From Candidatus Nomurabacteria bacterium (GTDB taxonomy: Bacteria; Patescibacteriota; Minisyncoccia; Phycocordibacterales; UBA9973): DNA of 39,289 nt. The notes under the pieces are model-generated. The model worked only from the letters and a program-made list of their open reading frames with translations. It was not told the origin of the DNA and did not search any database. Shown here piece by piece: positions 17,912 through 26,800 of this stretch. A program made the position numbers and the translations under genes. Positions within the stretch are counted from its first letter, which is position 1. Each line of letters starts with the position of its first letter. The stretch is taken from positions 1 to 39,289 of the forward strand of contig JAHFNN010000007.1 in assembly GCA_023267315.1 (NCBI GenBank). Direction: 5' to 3'.

Positions 17912-18553
17912 ATGAAATCAAATAGTATGCAAATAGGAGTAGCAATTTCTGGTACCGGAAGTACTATGCAGTATCTTCACAAGTCTACTCTTTCTGGTAA
18001 GTTGGCTGGAAAAGTTGAAATGAGTTGTATCGCGTGCAATAACCCAAAGGCGAAAGGGTTGGAATACGCTCTGCGAGCAAATATTCCTTTTGAAGTCTTT
18101 CCAAAAAAAGAATTTGGGGGAAATATTGAACTACGTGATAAGGCGATGTCAGACTTCTTCTTTAAGCATGGAGTTCGTTACATTACACTGGCTGGGTACG
18201 ACACCGAATTAACCAAGGAATTTGTGGAGCCAAACAAGGGACGCATTATCAATCAGCATCCAGCAGACGACCTCGTTCGTTTTGGTGGTCATGGTATGTG
18301 CGGATTACGAGTACACGAAGCGGTTCTTGCTTCAGATGTGGCTACGACCGGTTGCACGATTCATTTTATCGATGATGATCCTAATGTTATTGATGGCGGT
18401 GAAATCATCTATCAGCACAAGGGAATACCGATATATCGCGAAACCGACACTCCAGAGATTTTACGCCAAAGGGTGCTTCCATATGAACATGCTGTGTATG
18501 AAGAAGCACTTCTAATCATATATGAGCGCTTTCAGCGATCTTTTGCTTTTTGA
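17912..18553 (+). CDS. purN: Phosphoribosylglycinamide formyltransferase-like (formyl_transf_N family)
   Basis: 213 aa. ISGTGSTMQ corresponds to SG.GSNLQ, INQHPA to N.HPS (the Asn/His catalytic pair), and GCTIHFIDDD...DGGEII to the Asp loop. It is divergent from purD. Confidence 0.7.
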   Translation: MKSNSMQIGVAISGTGSTMQYLHKSTLSGKLAGKVEMSCIACNNPKAKGLEYALRANIPFEVFPKKEFGGNIELRDKAMSDFFFKHGVRYITLAGYDTELTKEFVEPNKGRIINQHPADDLVRFGGHGMCGLRVHEAVLASDVATTGCTIHFIDDDPNVIDGGEIIYQHKGIPIYRETDTPEILRQRVLPYEHAVYEEALLIIYERFQRSFAF

Positions 18554-18573
18554 TATTCCAGACATTGTCTGGT

Positions 18574-18612
18574 GAAACCTTCCGTATTTTTATGCGGGAG
18601 GTTTTCTTTTTA
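18574..18612 (+). terminator. Intrinsic terminator after purN
   Basis: Stem 18574..18584 pairs with 18595..18606 (gaaaccttccg / cgggaggttttc, with wobble pairs), followed by a T-run. Confidence 0.55.
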
Positions 18613-18620
18613 TATAAAAT

Positions 18621-18648
18621 AAAAAAAGGGGAATGGATACCCCTTTTA
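18621..18648 (-). terminator. Intrinsic terminator for the minus-strand gene 18666..18983
   Basis: The minus strand reads aaaagggg-tatccatt-cccctttttttatttt. Confidence 0.6.
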
Positions 18649-18665
18649 ATGGACTTAATATTTTT

Positions 18666-18983
18666 TCAATAGCGCCCGGATTCGCGAATAAATTTACCAG
18701 CTCTTTTTGATGGAGAATAAATTCCATGCCACCAATTAGTCTTACCGTCATATTCAAACTTGAAACGGATGTTCCATTTGCCCCGGGTCTCCCTTCTTAT
18801 TGACATAACAAAGGTCTTAAAAGAGTATTCTGTGAAATACATTTTTGTTTCAGTCAGAATTGTGAAGCTAACCTTGCGCTTATATCGCAGAGAGTTGAAT
18901 AACACTTTCTCTGAAGGTCCGCGTAGTAAGTCTCCTTCGCGGAGATTTTTATATTTTCTAGGTATTTTTACCACTTTTGTCAT
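18666..18983 (-). CDS. Hypothetical small basic protein
   Basis: 105-aa ORF rich in Lys and Arg, with no recognisable motif. It has its own terminator and is divergent from tuf. Confidence 0.5.
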   Translation of the reverse strand: MTKVVKIPRKYKNLREGDLLRGPSEKVLFNSLRYKRKVSFTILTETKMYFTEYSFKTFVMSIRRETRGKWNIRFKFEYDGKTNWWHGIYSPSKRAGKFIRESGRY

Positions 18984-19170
18984 GGCGTAATTTGTTTTAA
19001 AGTACCTCTCGAATTATAGGGGAGAGTTGCCCACGTACTATGAAGCACTGAGTGATTCATACGTAAATTTAGCCTATTATGTTAGATTTTATGATTTTGT
19101 CAATAAATATACCCCAAAGGGTTCTTGACGGTCACAGAAAGTTGGGTTGCAACCGAGTCTAAGCGAACCT

Positions 19171-19254
19171 TTTTTGCCTGAAGACCTCGGGAGGAGCGAC
19201 GGCGACGGACGGAGCAATCTGTCAGCAGGTAGATTGCGTGTCTTCAGGCAAAAA
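19171..19254. other. 84-nt nested hairpin, candidate structured RNA or DNA element
   Basis: The outer stem is a perfect 15 bp: tttttgcctgaagac (19171..19185) with gtcttcaggcaaaaa (19240..19254). The inner stem is 7 bp: gcaatct (19214..19220) with agattgc (19231..19237). The interior is GC-rich (gaggagcgacggcgacggacggagc) within an AT-rich intergenic region. Confidence 0.4.
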
Positions 19255-19269
19255 TAGGCGAGCGACCAT

Positions 19270-19297
19270 TTGACAATTAGTTTTATTTTGCTAGTAT
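19270..19297 (+). promoter_or_regulatory. Strong sigma70-type promoter for the tuf-rpsJ-rplCDWB block
   Basis: TTGACA (19270..19275), a 16-nt spacer, then TGc-TAGTAT (-10 hexamer at 19292..19297). It is nearly duplicated at 32169..32196, including the upstream GCGAGC. Confidence 0.7.
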
Positions 19298-19453
19298 GTA
19301 TGGCAGTCGCACTTTTGCGCTATTTTTGTTTCTGGCTGTTTCGATAGCTAGACAATCACGCGGGGTGTCGAAATTATTAATCTAAATATAATGGTACTCG
19401 ATAGCCAGTAGCGTGTTCTCGTATATTGACTATCTCGTATCAAAAACATATAT

Positions 19454-20653
19454 ATGGCAGAAGTATTTAAAAGAGACAAACCTCACGTAAACGTAGGTAC
19501 TATCGGTCACGTTGACCACGGTAAGACTACATTAACAGCAGCTATCCTCTCAGTCTTGGGCCGAGCAGGTAATGGCTATTCTTCAAAGATGAAGGGTGTT
19601 GACCAGATTGACTCAGCTCCTGAAGAAAAGGCTCGTGGAATCACGATCGCTCTTTCTCACAATGAGTATGAGACTCCTACTCGTCACTACGCTCACATCG
19701 ACGCTCCTGGACACGCTGACTACATCAAAAACATGATTACTGGTGCTGCTCAAATGGACGGCGCTATTATCGTAGTTGCTGCGACTGACGGTGTTATGCC
19801 TCAGACTCGTGAACACATCCTCCTTGCAAAGCAGGTTGGAGTGCCAAAGATTGTCGTCTTCTTAAACAAATGCGACATGGTAGATGATAAAGACCTCATT
19901 GAACTCGTTGAAGAAGAAGTTCGTGAACTCCTTACAAAACAAGGTTTTGATGGTGCAGGATGCCCAGTTATTCGTGGATCAGCACTTAAGGCTCTTGAAT
20001 CAGCAAACAATGAAGATGAATGGGCAAAGAAAGTGCTCGATCTCGCAAATGCGCTCGATACTTACATCCCAGTTCCTGAACGTGATGTTTCAAAGCCTTT
20101 CCTTATGCCTATCGAAGACATCTTTTCAATTGAAGGACGCGGTACAGTAGTAACCGGCCGTATTGAAAGAGGAGTAGTAAAGGTTGGTGAAGAAATCGAA
20201 ATCGTCGGTATCAAGCCAATCCAAAAGACTACTGTTACTGGTATCGAAATGTTCAACAAGCAGTTGAATGAAGGTATGGCTGGAGACAACGCAGGTATCT
20301 TGCTCCGAGGTGTTAAGAAAGAAGAACTTACTCGTGGACAAGTTATTGCAAAAACTGGAACTGTTACTCCTCACTCTGAATTCGAATGTGAAGTGTACAT
20401 CTTGAAGAAAGAAGAAGGTGGTCGTCACACTCCATTCTTCTCTGGATACAAGCCTCAGTTCTACATCCGTACAACGGACGTAACTGGAGAATCAACACTT
20501 GCACCAGGAGTAGAAATGGTTATGCCAGGAGACACCGTGAAGCTTACAGTAAAATTGGTAACCCCAGTTGCGCTTGAAGCTCAACAGCGTTTCGCTATCC
20601 GTGAAGGAGGTAAGACTGTCGGCGCAGGAGTCGTAACAAAGATCATCGCATAA
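19454..20653 (+). CDS. tuf: Translation elongation factor Tu
   Basis: 399 aa. Contains [14 protein letters not shown] and NKCD, with overall EF-Tu conservation to the C-terminus. Confidence 0.98.
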   Translation: MAEVFKRDKPHVNVGTIGHVDHGKTTLTAAILSVLGRAGNGYSSKMKGVDQIDSAPEEKARGITIALSHNEYETPTRHYAHIDAPGHADYIKNMITGAAQMDGAIIVVAATDGVMPQTREHILLAKQVGVPKIVVFLNKCDMVDDKDLIELVEEEVRELLTKQGFDGAGCPVIRGSALKALESANNEDEWAKKVLDLANALDTYIPVPERDVSKPFLMPIEDIFSIEGRGTVVTGRIERGVVKVGEEIEIVGIKPIQKTTVTGIEMFNKQLNEGMAGDNAGILLRGVKKEELTRGQVIAKTGTVTPHSEFECEVYILKKEEGGRHTPFFSGYKPQFYIRTTDVTGESTLAPGVEMVMPGDTVKLTVKLVTPVALEAQQRFAIREGGKTVGAGVVTKIIA

Positions 20654-20686
20654 GGTCTTCGGGTGTATAACCCACAATTAGTTCAT

Positions 20687-21094
20687 ATGGCAACTTTAAA
20701 ACCAAAAACAACAAAAGAAAGTGGAGCTGCAAAAACTGTTAAGCCGAAAGCAAAAGCAGTCAAAGTATCTGTAGGCAAAGAAGATGGAAAGGTATTACTC
20801 CGAATCCGTGTTCGAGCATACGAGAACAAGATACTTGATGCATCAGTCAAGCAGATTATGGATACCGCACTTCGATATGATGCCAATGTATTGGGACCAG
20901 TTCCAATACCAACAGAAATCAAGAAGTACACCGTCAATCGTTCTCCATTCATCTACAAGAATACCCGCGAACAGTTTGAAATCCGCACACACAAGAGATT
21001 AATCGATATTGTGAATCCGTCTCCAAAGACGATTGAAGCACTCACAAACCTCTCATTGCCTTCAGGTGTTGAGATTGATGTGAAGATGTTGTAG
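20687..21094 (+). CDS. rpsJ: 30S ribosomal protein S10 with a Lys-rich N-terminal extension
   Basis: The core [14 protein letters not shown]...GPVPIPT...[12 protein letters not shown] matches S10. ATG 20687 is preferred to the GTG at 20663. About 35 extra N-terminal residues ([26 protein letters not shown]...). Confidence 0.9.
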   Translation: MATLKPKTTKESGAAKTVKPKAKAVKVSVGKEDGKVLLRIRVRAYENKILDASVKQIMDTALRYDANVLGPVPIPTEIKKYTVNRSPFIYKNTREQFEIRTHKRLIDIVNPSPKTIEALTNLSLPSGVEIDVKML

Positions 21095-21151
21095 TATCAC
21101 TGTACACATAAGATGGCACGCAGAGCGATCTGCGTACCGCATATTAAATTT

Positions 21152-21766
21152 ATGAAATTCATACTTGGAACAAAACAGCATATGACAGAATACTTTACCG
21201 AAGACGGTAAGGTTGTTCCAGCAACCTTGATTGCTGCCGGACCAACTGTCGTTACGCAAGTAAAGACAAAGGACTCTGATGGATACACTGCAGTACAGGT
21301 TGGTTTTGGCGACCGAAATCCAAAGAATATTTCAAAGGCTGTAAAAGGTCACGTGAAAGAGCTTGGTAATTTCCGTCACATCAAAGAATTTCGTATTGAA
21401 GGAGCTGCTGACTGCAAGGTTGGTGATAAGTTCAACATTAGTGATATCTTCAAGAAAGGGGATGTCATTGTAGTCTCAGGCACTTCAAAAGGTAAAGGTT
21501 TCCAGAGTGTTATTAAACGCCATGGATTCCACGGTGGACCACGATCACACGGACAGAAACACTCAGAACGCGAACCAGGATCAATCGGTGGAGGTCTTCG
21601 TAATCGTGTACCAAAAGGTATGCGCATGGCAGGACGCACGGGTTCAGACACAATCACAATCAAGAATTTGAAAGTATTAGAGGTTGATGCAGAAAACAAT
21701 GCGCTTCTCGTATCTGGTGCTGTACCAGGTCGCCGAGGGACATTACTTCGCGTCGTCGGTGAATAA
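21152..21766 (+). CDS. rplC: 50S ribosomal protein L3
   Basis: MKFILGTKQHMTEYFTEDGKVVPATLIAAGPTVVTQVKT matches the L3 N-terminus. The start at ATG 21152 is internal to the ORF-track start at 21113. Confidence 0.93.
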   Translation: MKFILGTKQHMTEYFTEDGKVVPATLIAAGPTVVTQVKTKDSDGYTAVQVGFGDRNPKNISKAVKGHVKELGNFRHIKEFRIEGAADCKVGDKFNISDIFKKGDVIVVSGTSKGKGFQSVIKRHGFHGGPRSHGQKHSEREPGSIGGGLRNRVPKGMRMAGRTGSDTITIKNLKVLEVDAENNALLVSGAVPGRRGTLLRVVGE

Positions 21767-21789
21767 TTTTCAGGACAGATATAAATAAC

Positions 21790-22458
21790 ATGGAAGCAAA
21801 AGTATACAATCAAAAAGGAAAAGAAGTTGGAAAGGTAAGTCTCCCTGAGACAATTTTCGGATTGCCATGGAATGGCGACTTGGTTCACCAGGTTGTTATG
21901 AGTATGCGATCAAACACTCGTGCTGGTACTGCAAATGCACGTACGCGTGGAGAAGTTTCTGGTGGAGGTAAGAAGCCATGGAAACAAAAAGGTACTGGTC
22001 GTGCTCGTCATGGATCAACTCGCTCACCACTATGGGTTGGCGGAGGTGTCACACACGGTCCACTTTCTGAAAAGAACTACGACAAGAAGATCAACAAGAA
22101 GATGAAGACTAAGGCGCTCTACACGATCCTTTCTTCAAAACTTCGCGATGGAGAAATTCTTTTCCTCGACAGTGTTTCTTTGAGTTCTATCAAGACCAAG
22201 GATGCACAAGATGTTTTAAACTCTCTTTCAAAGATCACTGGATTTGAACGTCTTGGTACAAAGCGAAAAAATACTGCATTCATGTCTATTCCTGCAAAAG
22301 ATACGACTCTTGTAAAGAGCTTCAACAACCTTCCAGTTATCTCAGTCGATGAAATCCGAAATATCAATCCGCTTCTTTTGGTTGAAAACAAATTTGTCGT
22401 TATGACAAATCCAGAAGAGACACTTAAAGTGCTTTCAAAGAAGGCAACAGTAAAATAA
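21790..22458 (+). CDS. rplD: 50S ribosomal protein L4
   Basis: 222 aa. RGEVSGGGKKPWKQKGTGRARHGS is the L4 signature, and the operon position agrees. Confidence 0.95.
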   Translation: MEAKVYNQKGKEVGKVSLPETIFGLPWNGDLVHQVVMSMRSNTRAGTANARTRGEVSGGGKKPWKQKGTGRARHGSTRSPLWVGGGVTHGPLSEKNYDKKINKKMKTKALYTILSSKLRDGEILFLDSVSLSSIKTKDAQDVLNSLSKITGFERLGTKRKNTAFMSIPAKDTTLVKSFNNLPVISVDEIRNINPLLLVENKFVVMTNPEETLKVLSKKATVK

Positions 22459-22467
22459 TCATCGTAT

Positions 22468-22809
22468 ATGGCTACCAAAAAAGCACAAAAGAATACAGCA
22501 GTAAAAGAAGTTACTACAAAGACGAGCAAGGTTGCAACATCACAATCATTTCTTCTTGGTCCACGTGTTACTGAAAAGGCTTCGATGAATGCTGAGAGAA
22601 ATGTATTTACATTCAACGTAAATCCTCGTGCGACTGCTCCAGAGATCAAAAAGGAAATCAAGCAGTTGTACAAGATTAGCCCACTTAAGGTTCGCATGAT
22701 CACGATTCCACGAAAGAACGTTTTTATTCGCGGAAAGAAGGGTGTTCGTGGGGGAGGCAAGAAAGCGCTCGTGTATCTTAAGAAGGGCGACACGATTGAA
22801 TTAGCATAA
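22468..22809 (+). CDS. rplW: 50S ribosomal protein L23 with an N-terminal extension
   Basis: 113 aa. Contains LLGPRVTEKA...FTFNVNPRATAPEIKKEI...V and lies between rplD and rplB. Confidence 0.9.
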   Translation: MATKKAQKNTAVKEVTTKTSKVATSQSFLLGPRVTEKASMNAERNVFTFNVNPRATAPEIKKEIKQLYKISPLKVRMITIPRKNVFIRGKKGVRGGGKKALVYLKKGDTIELA

Positions 22810-22828
22810 CAATTTTTAAATATATTTC

Positions 22829-23680
22829 ATGAAATCCTATAAACCTACAAGTCCATCACGCAGACAAATGACCACGGTAACCTACCGAGGTGTTTTGACT
22901 GAATCTAAGCCACACAAGGCACTCACTAAGGGTCGCAAGCGTGCAATGGGCCGCAACAGCATGGGTCGCATTACTACCAACCACAAAGGTGGAGGTAACA
23001 AGCGTGCGTACCGTGATGTTGATTTTATGTACAACAAGATCGATATCCCAGCAACAATCAAGTCTGTTGAATACGATCCAAACCGTTCAGGATTTATCGG
23101 ACTTGCGTTTTATCGAGATGGAGAAAAGCGCTATGTGCTTCTTCCAAAGTCAGTTGGTGTTGGTAGTACCTTCCTCGTATCTGAAAAGGCCCCAGTCACC
23201 CCAGGAAATCGTCTTCCACTCAAAGGTATTCCTGTTGGAACATTTGTATACAATATCGAATTGAAGCCAAAAGGTGGTGCAAAAATTGCCCGCTCAGCAG
23301 GAATATTCGCACAAGTTGTTGCGAACAGTGATGGTCAGACACATTTAAAGATGCCATCAACTGAAGTTCGAAAAGTTTCTGAAAATGCATGGGCATCAGT
23401 TGGAGAAGTTTCAAACGAAGAACATCATTTGGTAAATTACGGAAAGGCAGGACGATCACGATGGCGTGGTATCCGCCCAACAGTGCGCGGAACAGCTATG
23501 AACCCAGTAGACCATCCATACGGTGGAGGTGAAGGACGCCAAGGACGTGGTACACGTCGACCAAAGACCCGTCACGGAAAGATTACTGGTGGACGAAAGT
23601 CACGAACTCCAAAGAAATACTCGAATCCATTTATCGTTTCTCGCCGAAAGACAGGCAAAAATCGAAAACAACAAGGATAA
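22829..23680 (+). CDS. rplB: 50S ribosomal protein L2
   Basis: 283 aa. Contains GRNSMGRITTNHKGGGNKR and RGTAMNPVDHPYGGGEG, which are L2 signatures. Confidence 0.97.
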   Translation: MKSYKPTSPSRRQMTTVTYRGVLTESKPHKALTKGRKRAMGRNSMGRITTNHKGGGNKRAYRDVDFMYNKIDIPATIKSVEYDPNRSGFIGLAFYRDGEKRYVLLPKSVGVGSTFLVSEKAPVTPGNRLPLKGIPVGTFVYNIELKPKGGAKIARSAGIFAQVVANSDGQTHLKMPSTEVRKVSENAWASVGEVSNEEHHLVNYGKAGRSRWRGIRPTVRGTAMNPVDHPYGGGEGRQGRGTRRPKTRHGKITGGRKSRTPKKYSNPFIVSRRKTGKNRKQQG

Positions 23681-23683
23681 AAT

Positions 23684-23716
23684 AAAAAGACCCCGCCAAA
23701 GCGGGGTCTTTTTATT
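23684..23716 (+). terminator. Intrinsic terminator immediately after rplB
   Basis: aaaaagaccccgc-caaa-gcggggtcttttt followed by attt. Confidence 0.85.
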
Positions 23717-23825
23717 TCCCCAAAAATGCTTCAGATATATTCTAAACTCAGGTACAATGAGTACTAGTACTAAGGGGAGTGCTTACTCATCTTAATTATC
23801 TATTATCATTTTATTATAATTTTCT

Positions 23826-26800
23826 ATGCGAAATAAAAATTCAGTAGTTGTTGTAGTTATTTTAGTACTTGTACTTGGTGTTGTTTTTTATTTGCTAAAC
23901 AAAAAAACAGTTCAACCAGAAGATACCACGCCTAAGACGAACGTTGCCGAAAAAACTGGCGGACGTGTATCTGAGCAAGTTCGTGTATTGAAAGATCAGG
24001 GTATTGTTTTTAAACCAGTCGACCTACTTACCCCGAGTACGAAAGTCTTTAAAAAAATGGACTCGATCTCTTATAACGCGTTCACTCCTAAAGAGGCTAT
24101 CGTAAAGGACTTACTAAAAAACAAAGATCAATACATTGCTATCCAAATTCCACTTATGCATTCGACAAATACTGCGAGTGCTGCAAGTGCGGATGATATC
24201 GCGACACTGAACCTCTATCGTGTAGATAGTGACCCTACTAATATTATGACTAGTAGTGGTAAAAAAATTGTTGATGAGACGCTTTCGTACCGCGGGGATG
24301 TAGATGGATCTACTACTGACTCACTTGCGAGTGTAACTGTTACACCATCGGGTGAAATGTATGGATTAATTTCTGATGGTACCAACACTTATAATATTCA
24401 ACCAATAGATAGGCATGATCTTAGTACAGGGGAGACTGTGACTACACCAACAATAGTTGTTTTTAATGTATTAGATGCTGGACCAAACCCTTTGCAACGT
24501 AACGACAAGCATCTTGATGTTCCAGGCGTTGAAACACAAGAACATCCAAGTTTTGATTATTTTAATCTTCCTGTTGCTCATGCTGCTGTCACAAGTACAA
24601 GTAGGGTTGTGCAATGGTACTGGGAAACTGACTACGATCTTTTTGTAGATAAAGGTAGTGCTGCAAATGTTAATACGTATATCCAGGGTGTTTTCAATCA
24701 AGTAAAGACGTTGTATGCAAATGATGGTATCCCAATCAACCTTAAGACTTTGTATATATGGACAACTCAAGATCCGTATACTGGAACAACAACGGATGCT
24801 TATTTAAATCAATTTGGCTCATATCGTACGTCGTTTGATGGTAATCTTGCGACTCTTATCGGGTATCATGGAAGCGGTGGTATTGCGTATCTTGGTACAC
24901 TTGGTTTTTCAACTACTCAATATCGAATGTCGTATTGTGGAATTAGTTCTAGTTATAGTGGTGTTCCTTCGTATTCATGGACGGTTGAGTGTATCGCACA
25001 CGAAGAAGGGCATTTACTTGGTCCAAATCACACACATGATTGTGTGTGGAATGGAAATGCAACAAAGATAGATGAATGTGGAGATGTCGCAGGATATAAG
25101 TCAGGCACTTGCCTTCCGGATCCAGTACCACAGTTGCCTGTAGGGGGAGGAACTATTATGAGTTATTGTGATCTTACAAGTGCAGGTATCAATTTCACAA
25201 AAGGATTTGGACCACAGCCTGCGCAGCTTATGGTAAATGTGATTGAAAATTGTCATAGTGCCGATCCTAATCTTTGTCCTACGGTGACAAGTACTGATAC
25301 CACTCCACCAGTTGTTTCCAACGTAACTGTTTCAAATATTACTTCAGCGACAGCAACTATTCATTGGACGACCGATGACGCATCTGATAGTTGGGTGATG
25401 TACTACAGTGATCCGAATGTCATTACAGGTATTCCTGGAAATACTAATACTACTGATCATATTGCTAACATTTCATCACTTCTACCATCTACAACTTATT
25501 ATTATTCTGTTAAATCTACAAATAGCGCTAACCTCACCAGTACCCCAACGCCCTTTGTGATGTTTAAAACAACAACTCCTGATTCAACCCCTCCCTCAGC
25601 TCCAAAAAATCTTTCTGCTACTAATACGACCGCTTCAACCACTACGCTGTCTTGGGGTGCTTCCAGTGATGGTACGGGCTCAGGGGTTGCAGGATATTTT
25701 ATCTATGAAAATGGATCAACAAATCCTATCAACTCTACCGCAATCACGGCGACAAGCTATGTAGTTTCAGGTTTAAGCTACTCCACTACATATACATTTC
25801 AGGTGTTAGCAAAAGACTTATCTGGTAACCCTTCAGCTTTGAGTAACCAGATATCTGTGACAACACTACCACCAGCAGTCCCATTCATTGTCTCTGGTCC
25901 AACGGTTTCATCCATAACAGCAACAGCAGCAACGATTACCTGGGATACAGATGTTGTTGCTGATACGCAAGTATTTTTCAGTACAACTGCTGGAGGTCCA
26001 TATACAACAAAAACTGATCCAGCTCTTGTTACACATCATTCAGTTTCGATTAGTGGACTTTCATCGAACACCAAATATTACTTCTTGGCAAAATCAGTGA
26101 ATGTATCAGGTACTGCAACGTCTGCTGAATTGAACTTCACTACGTTGGATACTCCTGATACCACTGCTCCAACTGTATCGATTACTGCTCCAACAGGAAG
26201 TTCATATCAAAAAGGAGCAGTTGTTGTAACTGCAACCTCGGCGGATAATGTTGGAGGGAAGGGGGTGCGAGATGTACAGTTCTTTGTTGACTCAACCACG
26301 AGTACAGCTATCGGTGTTGATGCAACTCTCCCATATTCTGTAACCATCGATACTACAAAATACACCAATGCTTCTCATAAACTCTATGCAATTGCCTGCG
26401 ACAACAATTTACCAACACCAAACTGTCGAACATCTGCTGCTGTTTCGTTCTATGTAGATAATCTAGTCCCTGTAACGGCAGTGACTGCTCCGACTTCAAA
26501 TCAGACAATCACCGGTACAACCTTCACACTTAAAGCTTCTGCGACTGATACTGGATCCGCTGTTTCTAAAGTTGATTTCTATGCTGATGGAAATCTTTTG
26601 GGTACTGATACAACCAGTGCGTATACATTCGCGTGGAATATTACCACTGTTACTGGAACCCACCGTATTACCTCGGTCGCAACTGACAAGGCTGGTAACA
26701 CTACAACATCATCTCCGGTTAGCGTAATCGTTAATCCTGCGGCAACAAACCAGCCACCACAAGTGAATGCTGGATCTGATCAAACTATCTATCTACCAAC

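Noticed and set aside
18551-18553. Alternative genetic code (UGA read as Gly or Trp, as in some CPR and Mycoplasma).
   Set aside because: TGA ends the purN-like ORF at a sensible length and is followed directly by a terminator. No conserved protein here needs read-through of an in-frame TGA.
19171-19254. The nested hairpin interpreted as a Rho-independent terminator.
   Set aside because: On both strands the T-run precedes the stem and the A-run follows it. The element also sits between divergently transcribed genes, where no terminator is needed.
18984-19453. A tRNA cluster or other known RNA (SRP, 6S, RNase P, tmRNA) upstream of tuf.
   Set aside because: There are no GTTCRANNC T-loop boxes or cloverleaf-length helices, and none of the conserved SRP, RNase P or tmRNA motifs. 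Only the nested hairpin is reported, as an unclassified element.
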